Assembly: GCA_046760505.1 (NCBI GenBank)
Contig: JBHIEG010000006.1
Span: 9,212 to 73,211, forward strand
Length of the DNA stretch: 64,000 nucleotides
Source of the DNA: Candidatus Hydrothermarchaeota archaeon
Lineage (GTDB): Archaea > CAYFZR01
Reading direction: 5' to 3'
Part shown: positions 19,088 through 28,091 of the stretch, in pieces
Layout of the letters: every line of letters starts with the position of its first letter
Position numbering within the stretch: the stretch's first letter is position 1
The notes under the pieces: generated by a model
Database searches by the model: none
Told to the model about the DNA's origin: nothing
Seen by the model: the letters and a program-made list of their open reading frames with translations, nothing else
Translations under genes and position numbers: made by a program

Positions 19088-20533
19088 TTACTTGGTCTCT
19101 CTCTTTACAATTACTTTGTCTATGTGTATTTTTGCGCCTTTCAGTACCAGTCTTATTGTTCCCCCTGCAATAGGCATTCCTGCTGGAACCGTTGGCATGC
19201 TCGGGGCTGTAACCTGCATTTCCGGCATTGGAGTTACCCCCGGTGTAGGAGTTGGAGGCGCCTCAGGTGCTGGAGCTTCTTCTGGAGGAACCTCTTCAGG
19301 AACTTCCTCTACCCAGGAAGCCACTACTGGATGACCTCTTTCCTTGAGGAATGCCTTTAGTTCCTCTATATCCTTCACATCTTCTTCTGTAGCGATCTTA
19401 TCTACAAGATCTTCAGGTATCGCATCCTGTACTCTGTCTTTAAGAGCTTTTGGGAGCCAAACCGTTTTACTCCAACCACCATCTGCCATAAGGAATTTTG
19501 GCGATCTGAAGTATTCTATTCCTATTCCTAGGAAGCCTGGAACCTGTTTTCCCCCTCCTGTTTGACCAGCCATCGTTGAGAAAGGCAGGCCATTTACGGT
19601 TACTCCCTTGAAGTCTCTGTGAACCCAGCCGAATCCATCTACTTCTGGTATGTAGAAACCTATAACTTCAAAACATCCGCAAGATGTATGAGGATATTGC
19701 ATAAAGCTGTGGAGCCATATTCTATCATATTCTCCTCCGGAAAGGGTTACAGCGGCCTCATTTACCCCGGAGTATTCACCTACTTCTGCATTCAGTAGCT
19801 CTCCTTTTGGTATTACCTTCATAGGTCCTTCTGGATCTACTTTGGCAGCGGCTCTTCCGTCAAACCATGTCATGGCTCCGCAAAGAGAAACCCTGTCTGG
19901 CGTAATCACGCATACATTCGTTGGAGCAAAAGATTGACAGAGAGTACATCCATAAAATGTATCCACGTCCTCCTCGCTTAACTCCCTAGTTCTTGCGTCC
20001 CTCTCCTCATATGCCTTCATGGCTTCTGGCATTCTCTTTTCCACTTCATCCTTGTCGGTAATGTATATGGCTTCTATCTTTTCTATGAAGGGCAACTCTT
20101 GTTTAAACAGAAACATTGTGGCTTGAGCAATCTGTTTTAAGGACTTGAGTCCTTTTTTGATCGCGTCTTTACTTATCCTTATCCAGATATCATATCTTTG
20201 GTTTAAATGCATGTAACCTTGGATGAAGTTCTGAAACTCGTGATTTCTTCTCTCAATTACGGATTCAAGGTCTTTTTCAACCATTTCCCCTGCTACCTTG
20301 TATATCATGGCAAAAGGATATCTTCCGCCTTCTTCCATATCTTCCAAATCTGGTCCGATTAGGGTAACCCTGTAGTCTTCTATCTCATCCATCGAAGCAG
20401 CTTGAACAAGTTCAAAACCTATTCCTTTAGGACCTGCTAATTCCACGTACATGTCTTCCCCTCTGATTCTCTCCCCCTCGTACATAGGGCTCATATCAAA
20501 CGGGAAAACGTCCGCAGTAATTTCTTCAGCCAT
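19088..20533 (-). CDS. cdhC: Acetyl-CoA decarbonylase/synthase beta subunit (A-cluster acetyl-CoA synthase)
   Basis: CTLCQSFAPTNVCVITPDR and HTSCGCFE A-cluster ligands. Pro/Glu-rich C-terminal extension. Confidence 0.95.
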   Translation of the reverse strand: MAEEITADVFPFDMSPMYEGERIRGEDMYVELAGPKGIGFELVQAASMDEIEDYRVTLIGPDLEDMEEGGRYPFAMIYKVAGEMVEKDLESVIERRNHEFQNFIQGYMHLNQRYDIWIRISKDAIKKGLKSLKQIAQATMFLFKQELPFIEKIEAIYITDKDEVEKRMPEAMKAYEERDARTRELSEEDVDTFYGCTLCQSFAPTNVCVITPDRVSLCGAMTWFDGRAAAKVDPEGPMKVIPKGELLNAEVGEYSGVNEAAVTLSGGEYDRIWLHSFMQYPHTSCGCFEVIGFYIPEVDGFGWVHRDFKGVTVNGLPFSTMAGQTGGGKQVPGFLGIGIEYFRSPKFLMADGGWSKTVWLPKALKDRVQDAIPEDLVDKIATEEDVKDIEELKAFLKERGHPVVASWVEEVPEEVPPEEAPAPEAPPTPTPGVTPMPEMQVTAPSMPTVPAGMPIAGGTIRLVLKGAKIHIDKVIVKRETK

Positions 20534-20545
20534 TTTTACGCCTCC

Positions 20546-21073
20546 TTAGAGGTTTTCTATCACCTCTTTTAATTCTTTTTCCCAATCTTCATCGCTCATA
20601 TTGCCGAAAGACATCGTAGCGTTGGGATGGTAGTACTTATCAAGGGTTAAGGTTCTCATCTTCCCGAAGTGTTTTAGACACTGCAACATGAGCGATTGTT
20701 GATAGTATAACCCCCCCACGTAGGCTACTACGTCGTATGGTCCGTTGCCATCTAAACCTTGCCATTCATCATCTCTGAGTAAATTTGTTATTTCTAGAAT
20801 TCCCATAGATTTTGCATTCACTCCCCTATCCTTAAATTCCCTTACCATGTGAGCAGTTGCTATGATTGGAATGTTTTTTTTCTTCGCTATTTCGATTATG
20901 TAATCTATCAGTTTCTTTTCATTCAATTCGTACAGTATTTGAGATCCTGCTACGATCAACGGTCTTTTTGCCTTGGAAAGTAATTTGCCTAGGGTCTTTC
21001 CATCCGTGGCTCTCGCTGTAACCGGACCTACTATGTTTGCTCTCTCCCAAGGGGTAGCATCTATTTTTGCCAT
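20546..21073 (-). CDS. cdhB: Acetyl-CoA decarbonylase/synthase epsilon subunit
   Basis: 175 aa directly downstream of cdhA. GGAGGGTG plus 6 nt before the ATG. Confidence 0.85.
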   Translation of the reverse strand: MAKIDATPWERANIVGPVTARATDGKTLGKLLSKAKRPLIVAGSQILYELNEKKLIDYIIEIAKKKNIPIIATAHMVREFKDRGVNAKSMGILEITNLLRDDEWQGLDGNGPYDVVAYVGGLYYQQSLMLQCLKHFGKMRTLTLDKYYHPNATMSFGNMSDEDWEKELKEVIENL

Positions 21074-21076
21074 ATG

Positions 21077-23452
21077 TTACACCCTCCTCTTTCTTATTAA
21101 TCTCTCCAGGTTCGTGGGATCGAATCTTGGATCATATGCTCTTACCTGTCCGCCTTTAATTTTCTTATCTTTTACTTCGAATCCATGTTCTTTCTCCAAA
21201 ACTTCCAGTAACTCTGATCTTCTTGCAATAGGAAGATCTGTTTCGCTTCTTACGAAGAGATACCAATCCTCTGGATACTCTCCGAAGTACTTCTTTGATA
21301 GATCTAGGTAATGAGTTAATTTTATCGATCTTCCCGGAGCAGTATCGTTTGGTCTCATTACCATGCGAGCTGTTTGCACTATTGCCTCTTCTTTGGTCTC
21401 TGCTGTATAAATCAAATGCTCAGGTCCGGGCTCGAAGTAATGGAAGGAGCCATCTTTTGCATCTATGATCTGCCATTCCTCTTTTTTGTCCTTTCTTCCA
21501 AGATACATTCTCCTGTATTTAGATCCGTGGGGACCAACTATAACTGGAACTCCAAGTCTGTTACATCCGGTAGCAATAGATGCTGCCTTTTGAGAATATG
21601 CTCCCCATGCTACTCCTACCGCGCCAACTCTGTTGAGTATATAATCCGCTATCTCCTCGAAGTTTGCTCTAAGGTTTCTCATCGCAAATATGTTTGCTAC
21701 CTTTATGGCTGCTCCAGCAATATGGGCGTTAGATACGCAAGAGCCCGTATTACATATATTTCCTGCATCAAAAGCTCCGGGATATCTCTCCCATATGGTC
21801 TTTCCTTCCTCATCCTTATAGAATGACACATCCATTGCCGCGCATCCTGAGGTTACAACAATGTAATTTCTAGATGCAAATTCGTTGGCCATTTCAAAAA
21901 GATCTTTTCTTGATCCAGGATAGTTTGAGCAACCCACGTAGGCTATTACCCCGGGTATTGTTCCTAAGACAATGGGAGCGCCAACGTTTCTTATCTCCAC
22001 GTCTGAGACTGCTCCTCTTCCGGATCTCATGACAGATTTTTCAGTCTTTATCTGCGCCTCTGACGCTGCCTCGATTAAGTTCAACGGCTCAATACCCTGA
22101 GGACATTCTATAGCGCATTTTCCACATCCTATACATCTTTCATGCAATTCCACAAGTAATGAGAAATCTCCTTTAGATGCTGTCTCGTTTGCTGTGTGAA
22201 TAGGTAAGTTACTGGGACAAACACGCCTACATTTCTCACAGGAAGTACAAGTTGATGCGATTTCCTGAACTTTGCTCAGATCAGGGATTATTTTAAATTT
22301 CTTCCTCTTTGGAGCAATTGCTTGAGCAACCTTGACTGCCACTTCCCCTACCTTATAGGGGTCTGATATGAATGCTCCGGGCAACTTCCCCTCGACAAGA
22401 TCTTTCACAATTCCATCCGCCGGATCATTGGTCCTATTTGGCAATCCATAAAGGATCTTATCCATGGTTGTGATAACCGGTGCCTTAATCTTCTGGGCTT
22501 CTTGTAAAATATCTGCCCTCACGCATTGTTCGTCCACAACTATAACGTCTGGAACGCCAGATCTTATGAATTTAAGTTGTTGAGATATCGGTCCTATTAC
22601 CTTTGCTTTTGTGTAGTACCTTGTCATGTCATGAGCAGTGCAACATATCGCACAAACTTCGACCTCGTCTTCTAATCCGTGATCCACCATGTAGTCGATG
22701 ATTCCTACGCCAGGCAGTACGTTATGTCCTATACCTAGGATTACGGGTTTTTCTTTATCTATTGCTCCCATTCCTATCTCTACCAAAGGCGCATCGGGAT
22801 CTGCCTTTGGGAATCCTAGACAAGATATCTGAGCGACATCTGCCACTTCCATGGCGAGAAGATCAAGCATACCCGTGTGGAGTGCTTTAGACTCAAAATC
22901 TAAGTAAGATCCTTCCTGCCCCGTATGTACTGCAGCAAGGCAGTGAGTTATCTGTTCTTCAACGTAGTCCAAAACCTCCTCCAAATCACCTAATGTAGTT
23001 GGCCTCATTCCCACGATTAATCTTGTCAGAGGAGCCTCTACATTTATGACATCCTTACCAACATCTATCGGATGATCTCGTCCAAACCTATCTATCAATT
23101 GATGAAGCATGTGTCTTGTGTGAGCAGTATGGGCCGCACAACCTATTAAGCAAGCAGCAAGAACTATTCTTCCTGTCTGATTTGAGATGTCTATTCCACA
23201 AGCTCCCCTTCTCTCTCCAGAAAGATCACATTTCCCCATAGTACACAAACAGCACATATCGCAGTACGGCGCATAGAAAGGATGGTATCTTCTCAGCAAG
23301 GTGAAATCCCAGTCTCTTAGATCTATTATGCTTGGTTTTGGCGTTGGACCCATTGGCTCTTCCCAAATTTCAGCTTCTTCTATGATCCTTCCTATGGTAA
23401 TGGTAACTCCTTCCAGACCTTCCACAGCGATCCTTTCTGGGTTTTTGGCCAT
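21077..23452 (-). CDS. cdhA: Acetyl-CoA decarbonylase/synthase alpha subunit (Ni-CODH)
   Basis: 791 aa. N-terminal Cys clusters (CDMCCLCTMGKCDL), inserted 2x[4Fe-4S] domain (CTSCEKCRRVCP, CIGCGKCAIECP) and C-cluster region. GGAGGT plus 6 nt before the ATG. Confidence 0.95.
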   Translation of the reverse strand: MAKNPERIAVEGLEGVTITIGRIIEEAEIWEEPMGPTPKPSIIDLRDWDFTLLRRYHPFYAPYCDMCCLCTMGKCDLSGERRGACGIDISNQTGRIVLAACLIGCAAHTAHTRHMLHQLIDRFGRDHPIDVGKDVINVEAPLTRLIVGMRPTTLGDLEEVLDYVEEQITHCLAAVHTGQEGSYLDFESKALHTGMLDLLAMEVADVAQISCLGFPKADPDAPLVEIGMGAIDKEKPVILGIGHNVLPGVGIIDYMVDHGLEDEVEVCAICCTAHDMTRYYTKAKVIGPISQQLKFIRSGVPDVIVVDEQCVRADILQEAQKIKAPVITTMDKILYGLPNRTNDPADGIVKDLVEGKLPGAFISDPYKVGEVAVKVAQAIAPKRKKFKIIPDLSKVQEIASTCTSCEKCRRVCPSNLPIHTANETASKGDFSLLVELHERCIGCGKCAIECPQGIEPLNLIEAASEAQIKTEKSVMRSGRGAVSDVEIRNVGAPIVLGTIPGVIAYVGCSNYPGSRKDLFEMANEFASRNYIVVTSGCAAMDVSFYKDEEGKTIWERYPGAFDAGNICNTGSCVSNAHIAGAAIKVANIFAMRNLRANFEEIADYILNRVGAVGVAWGAYSQKAASIATGCNRLGVPVIVGPHGSKYRRMYLGRKDKKEEWQIIDAKDGSFHYFEPGPEHLIYTAETKEEAIVQTARMVMRPNDTAPGRSIKLTHYLDLSKKYFGEYPEDWYLFVRSETDLPIARRSELLEVLEKEHGFEVKDKKIKGGQVRAYDPRFDPTNLERLIRKRRV

Positions 23453-23620
23453 AATCTTACCTCCTGATTTCTCTCTTTCCTGATTACTATCACCAGATAA
23501 TGAAGCATATATAAAGTTATCTTGCCTACTTAATGAGATACTCGGCCATGAATTTTATATTACTTAGTTATTTTTCTCTGAGAAGCCGGATCGCAGAATT
23601 TTTTCGTTTTAAGGAGTTCC

Positions 23621-24451
23621 TTGGATCAAAGGAAAAATGCCCAAAAGTTTATGATACTTACAGAACAAATTATACTTAAGAATAAAACAGGATGGCTTAT
23701 GGAAGGGAAGGGGATAGGCGAAGGAGAACTCAGAATAATATCTGAGTTCGCGAATTGTTATGATGTAGTTGAAAACATGCCTAAGTTCATATATTCTCCT
23801 AGGATAATAAGAGACTTTTCATCGAAATTAAAGGAGATTGAGAAAGATCTGATGGAGTTTCTTTCAAAGAAGATAAATAAAAAATATGTTGAGAGGCTGT
23901 TAAAAGATAACATAGAGATAGTCAAGAAGAAGAGAATGAATTTTGGACGTTATGAGGTAATCCCGTATTTCAGAAGGAGAGAAATAGAGCATTTAACAAA
24001 ACTGCACCGACAGACCTTGGATGTCGCTATCTTGGATGTCCTGTCGAGGGAAGGCATTATAAATTTACCTCTAGAAGAGCGCGAAACCATAAAAAATAGA
24101 ATCTGGCTTGGTCTTGAATTAAAGACTTTTGCTATGCTGGGCGGATTACATATACCCGATGAAACCACGTTTTCAGATGAGATCATAGAAAAAATCTCGG
24201 AGGAATGTGTGGAAAATCTTTACAGAAAAATAGTTGAAGAAAGAAAGAAATACTTAAAGCATATAATAACCGTGCTTGATTTCAGGTATAAAATAGAAAA
24301 ATACGATCTGGACCCAGATCTCTGGCAATATTTTACAGTTATAGAAGCAGTCAGACTTTTAGGATTGACTGGAGAATTTGTCTACGACTTCATAAAACTA
24401 TCAGAGCTCATTCAGAAAATGGAGGGAATAGAATACAAGATCGAGGAGTAA
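23621..24451 (+). CDS. Hypothetical protein
   Basis: 276-aa ORF with a TTG start after AAGGAG. No recognisable motif. Confidence 0.45.
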   Translation: MDQRKNAQKFMILTEQIILKNKTGWLMEGKGIGEGELRIISEFANCYDVVENMPKFIYSPRIIRDFSSKLKEIEKDLMEFLSKKINKKYVERLLKDNIEIVKKKRMNFGRYEVIPYFRRREIEHLTKLHRQTLDVAILDVLSREGIINLPLEERETIKNRIWLGLELKTFAMLGGLHIPDETTFSDEIIEKISEECVENLYRKIVEERKKYLKHIITVLDFRYKIEKYDLDPDLWQYFTVIEAVRLLGLTGEFVYDFIKLSELIQKMEGIEYKIEE

Positions 24452-24452
24452 T

Positions 24453-25124
24453 ATGCGGGTGGCATGTTTATTCTCAGGTGGAAAAGATTCTAATCTTGCG
24501 TTATTTCGCGCAATAAATCAAGGATTAGATGTCAGATATCTTGTGACAGTTTTTCCAAGATCTAGGGAAAGTTACATGTATCACTACCCATGCATACGTA
24601 TTACGGAACTTCAGGCAAAATGTATTGGACTACCTTTAATAAGCAAAGAGAGCATTCCTGAAAAGGAGAGAGAATTAGAAGACTTGAAGGAAACCCTATC
24701 AAAATTAGATATAGATGGAGTAGTTTCAGGAGCACTGGCATCTGAATATCAAAAGAGAAGAATTGAGAGAATATGTGGAGAACTTAAAATAGAGTCAATC
24801 ACTCCTTTATGGCAAGACGATCCAGTATCGGTGTTGAGAGAAGTAAGTGAAAAATTTCACGTAATCATATCAGGCGTGAGCGCTCAGGGACTTAAAAAAG
24901 ACTTGATTGGAAGAGATCTGGATAGGGAATGTGTAGAAAAATTAATGGATCTCAACAGAAAGTACAAGATACATTTAACAGGAGAGGGAGGAGAATTCGA
25001 GACCTTAGTTCTAGATGCTCCATTTTTCAGAAAAAGAATAGAAATCTTGGAAAAAGAAGTTATTTGGGAAGGAGACAGCGGATATCTAGATATAAAAAAA
25101 GCCACATTGATTGATAAACATTAA
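24453..25124 (+). CDS. PP-loop ATPase of the diphthine-ammonia ligase (Dph6/MJ0570) family
   Basis: MRVACLFSGGKDSNLAL PP-loop and GEGGEFETLVLDAPFF C-terminal motif. Confidence 0.8.
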   Translation: MRVACLFSGGKDSNLALFRAINQGLDVRYLVTVFPRSRESYMYHYPCIRITELQAKCIGLPLISKESIPEKERELEDLKETLSKLDIDGVVSGALASEYQKRRIERICGELKIESITPLWQDDPVSVLREVSEKFHVIISGVSAQGLKKDLIGRDLDRECVEKLMDLNRKYKIHLTGEGGEFETLVLDAPFFRKRIEILEKEVIWEGDSGYLDIKKATLIDKH

Positions 25125-25158
25125 AATCGAGATTTCAAACCATTTAATTTTAATAACC

Positions 25159-26256
25159 ATGGTTGAAAAGTGGATAGACATGTTGCACAGCGAGTTAAAG
25201 ACAACAGTGGTTGGGAGTTTTCCTCTAAAGCCATTTCATGATGTAGACTATGAGTACGCTCCTTATTTTAATAGAGAAAAAATATTTTCTGAAAAAGAGC
25301 CTGTAGTTACCCATCCATACATACCGAGTATGGCAAAAGCCTTGGAGATTCAGGTAAGGGCAGGAATTGATTATCCTTGTTATGGACAGCTACAAGACAT
25401 GAATCTGATGTTTTTGGGCCCCCTAGCGAGAAAGAAATGTGGAATAAAAATCATAAACAATAAAGCATACGTTGTCGAAGATCTTAAGCCGCCCAAAACA
25501 AGTATTGCTCAGGATGTGTTGCTCTGGGCGAACAGATACAGGAGATATTTTGAGGGGGTAAAAATCCCTTTGACCGGGCCGATAACATTAGCCTCTGTCT
25601 CCAGTGTAGGCGATAAATCCGTCTTGAATTATCCGGAGCTTATCAGGGATCTTTCGGAAATAGTAGCCAAGATAGCAAGAGACTACGATAAAAACGGAGC
25701 AGGTATAATAACTCTAGATGAACCAAGTCTGCCATACGCTACTTATATAGGAATAGACAGCGATTTAATTATAGATTGTTTAAACAAAGTGATAAAAGAA
25801 ATAAAAAAAGCCATCCCCGCGATTCATGTATGTGGGAAGTTGGATAGCACTACTACAGAGATTTTACTGGAAACAGATGCTTTATTAGTGGATCATGAGT
25901 TTGCTTCCATACCAGAAAACTTAGATGCTTATTCAAAATCAGATCTAGATAAATACGATAAAATCATTGGTTTAGGTTGCGTTGTAAGTAACATTGATCC
26001 AGAAAAGTTGATAGAAATCTCAAAAGGACAAAATTGGAATTCTGTTGTTGAAACAAAGGAAGAAATATCTGATTTCATAAAAAAAGCAGCCAATAAATTT
26101 GGAATCGAAAGACTTGTCTTGGATCCTGATTGCGGGTTCGGTGGATTGAAACACTACATCAAGGGAGAACTTACCGAAAATGTACTGCTGAAAATATGTT
26201 ACCAAAAAATGAAGAACATGGTTGATGTTGCGAGAGATTTGAGAAAATTAACCTAG
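25159..26256 (+). CDS. Cobalamin-independent methionine synthase-like (MetE C-terminal domain family) methyltransferase
   Basis: TTVVGSFP, LDEPSL, HVCG and DPDCGF (Zn ligands). Start set at ATG 25159. Confidence 0.7.
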   Translation: MVEKWIDMLHSELKTTVVGSFPLKPFHDVDYEYAPYFNREKIFSEKEPVVTHPYIPSMAKALEIQVRAGIDYPCYGQLQDMNLMFLGPLARKKCGIKIINNKAYVVEDLKPPKTSIAQDVLLWANRYRRYFEGVKIPLTGPITLASVSSVGDKSVLNYPELIRDLSEIVAKIARDYDKNGAGIITLDEPSLPYATYIGIDSDLIIDCLNKVIKEIKKAIPAIHVCGKLDSTTTEILLETDALLVDHEFASIPENLDAYSKSDLDKYDKIIGLGCVVSNIDPEKLIEISKGQNWNSVVETKEEISDFIKKAANKFGIERLVLDPDCGFGGLKHYIKGELTENVLLKICYQKMKNMVDVARDLRKLT

Positions 26257-26753
26257 AATATATAATTTATGCTCGATTTATCGAAATCATCTACCATTTC
26301 TATATCCAAGTTTCTTGGGAAGTACTCCACGGTAGGATAAACTAGGTTGGGAAAGAACCCGCCCATGTCTTTAGCCATTTTAGTGACCAAGTGACCTTCA
26401 CCAAATATCTCTTTAGAAATCCAGTAAACTAATTTTCTCGTTTTACTCTCGTCTAAATAACCTAAAGAATGAATGTACTCGTGCAACAAAATGTTAAAGG
26501 CGTATGCGTTGAACAAACCAGGATCCGTTTGGAGTATCCTCCTTATGGGTGTTTTGTTCATCACGATTATATTGGAACCTACCGGATAAAATGCTCCAAT
26601 CCAGAAGTCCTTGCTACTGCCTAATTCAGCTAATCCCAGTGTTAGACCTGCTCTTCCTGTACCCATCGTTTTCCAAACTACTTCTTTTACAATCTCGAAT
26701 ATGTCTCCTATGGTCTTTGCTTCCTCTAATTTTTGAGCATGGGATTTAGGCAT
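26253..26753 (-). CDS. Hypothetical protein with HExxH zinc-peptidase motif
   Basis: LLHEYIHSLGY in a 166-aa soluble protein. Confidence 0.45.
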   Translation of the reverse strand: MPKSHAQKLEEAKTIGDIFEIVKEVVWKTMGTGRAGLTLGLAELGSSKDFWIGAFYPVGSNIIVMNKTPIRRILQTDPGLFNAYAFNILLHEYIHSLGYLDESKTRKLVYWISKEIFGEGHLVTKMAKDMGGFFPNLVYPTVEYFPRNLDIEMVDDFDKSSINYIF

Positions 26754-26764
26754 AAACTTCCTCC

Positions 26765-27505
26765 CTATTTTTGAGCCTTAACAGTGATGGAGTATCCGTC
26801 CAAACTAAATTTCTCAATCGAAAAGAGTTTAATTTTCTCTAAGATTTGGATTTCTGAGAATCCCGCCTTTTTTATGGTTTCTAAATACTCATTTTCTGGT
26901 AAAGCTCCCGCTATACAAGATATCCAGAGATTAAGGTCTTCTCTTATATGATCAGGCACGGGTTTTTCCGTCACAATATCTGATACAACAATCTTGCCGC
27001 CCTTCTTTAAAACTCGGTACGCTTCCCTGAAAACCTTCTCTTTGTCTGTTGCGAGATTTATCACACAGTTACTAATTATTGTATCAACTGAATTACTTTC
27101 TATGGGCATATTTTCCATATCCCCATGTTTGAATTCCACATTATTGAGTTTTAGCTTTTTTGCATTGTTCGTCGCCTTTTTAATCATTTCCTTTGATAGA
27201 TCCAGACCAATTACCTTTCCGGTATCTCTAACCTTTTTTGCTGCAATAAAAACATCTAATCCTCTTCCCGAGCCTATATCCAATACAGTGAGGCCTTCAT
27301 TTATTTCTGAAAAAAGGATGGGATTTCCACAGCCCAAAGAAAGATCGGATATTTCTGGAAATTCTTCGGGAAATTCATCTGTTAGGTTCTGATAGTATCT
27401 GCGAAGTAGTGAAAGTGATGTTTCAGGAGGACAGCATTCTTTTAAACAAGACAGGTTCTTTCTTGCTATCTCATCGTACTTTTTTACAATTTCTTCTTTT
27501 TTCAT
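26765..27505 (-). CDS. arsM: Arsenite S-adenosylmethionine methyltransferase
   Basis: LGCGNP, VLDIGSGRGLD (SAM site), SNCVINL and WISCIAGA, which are the three conserved As(III)-binding Cys contexts of ArsM. Extra N-terminal CLKECCPPE. Confidence 0.8.
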   Translation of the reverse strand: MKKEEIVKKYDEIARKNLSCLKECCPPETSLSLLRRYYQNLTDEFPEEFPEISDLSLGCGNPILFSEINEGLTVLDIGSGRGLDVFIAAKKVRDTGKVIGLDLSKEMIKKATNNAKKLKLNNVEFKHGDMENMPIESNSVDTIISNCVINLATDKEKVFREAYRVLKKGGKIVVSDIVTEKPVPDHIREDLNLWISCIAGALPENEYLETIKKAGFSEIQILEKIKLFSIEKFSLDGYSITVKAQK

Positions 27506-27532
27506 GTTGATCCCTCTATTTTGAATTTATAA

Positions 27533-27542
27533 TGGACGTCCA
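27533..27542. promoter_or_regulatory. Perfect 10-bp palindrome TGGACGTCCA abutting the arsM TATA box
   Basis: Read directly. The half-site TGGAC resembles the half-site of the 27573-27588 palindrome. Confidence 0.5.
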
Positions 27543-27572
27543 ATATTAAGAATATATGCTAATACTTAAATA

Positions 27573-27588
27573 TATTGGTCGACCAATA
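27573..27588. promoter_or_regulatory. Perfect 16-bp palindrome TATTGGTCGACCAATA between the padR TATA box and its start
   Basis: Read directly. The centre is 43 bp from the centre of the first palindrome. It sits 6 nt upstream of ATG 27595. Confidence 0.55.
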
Positions 27589-27594
27589 ATATCC

Positions 27595-27915
27595 ATGAGA
27601 GATGTTATATGCCCCCCGAACTGCTGCGATATGAGGGGTTTACTTTCATTTATCATTCTTTGGTGCCTGAGGAAAAGACCAATGTACGGACAGGAGATAG
27701 CAGAGGAGTTGGCTCGAAGAAGAGGTGAAAAACCAAATCCAGGCACCCTATATCCCGCGTTGAAACAACTAGAGGAGAGGGGACTAGTAGTGTATCGTAT
27801 TCATGGAAGAAGAAAGATATACACCCTTACCGAGAAAGGTCAACTCGAGATAGAAAAAGCCTGTAGATATTTCTGCCAAGTATTTGGCGATATCTTAGAA
27901 GAATTTAAAGAGTAA
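27595..27915 (+). CDS. PadR-family transcriptional regulator with N-terminal Cys triad
   Basis: GLLSFIILWCLRKRPMYGQEIAEEL...GTLYPALKQLEERGLV...RKIYTLTEKG. Start set at ATG 27595 (TATA-like TTAAATATAT about 25 nt upstream, leaderless geometry). N-terminus is MRDVICPPNCCDMRG. Confidence 0.75.
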   Translation: MRDVICPPNCCDMRGLLSFIILWCLRKRPMYGQEIAEELARRRGEKPNPGTLYPALKQLEERGLVVYRIHGRRKIYTLTEKGQLEIEKACRYFCQVFGDILEEFKE

Positions 27916-27921
27916 AATGGA

Positions 27922-27952
27922 GCGTGGCTCGCCACGCAACGTGGCTCGTTGC
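27922..27952 (+). other. GC-rich element with three mutually exclusive hairpins and a CGTGGCTCG direct repeat
   Basis: GCGTGG-CTCG-CCACGC (27922-27937), CCACG-CAA-CGTGG (27932-27944), GCAAC-GTGGCTC-GTTGC (27936-27952). Lies 7 nt after the padR stop. T-rich tract follows. Confidence 0.3.
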
Positions 27953-28091
27953 ATCCGCAATTCTATAAAAAATTATTTTATTACTGATACAATAGATGCG
28001 TTTTTCTACTCTGAATATTGTATGGGGGTTTAGAAAGGGGGCGATAAGGTAGTATAGGATAAATTCAGTATAGATTACTTAAAAACCCCTT

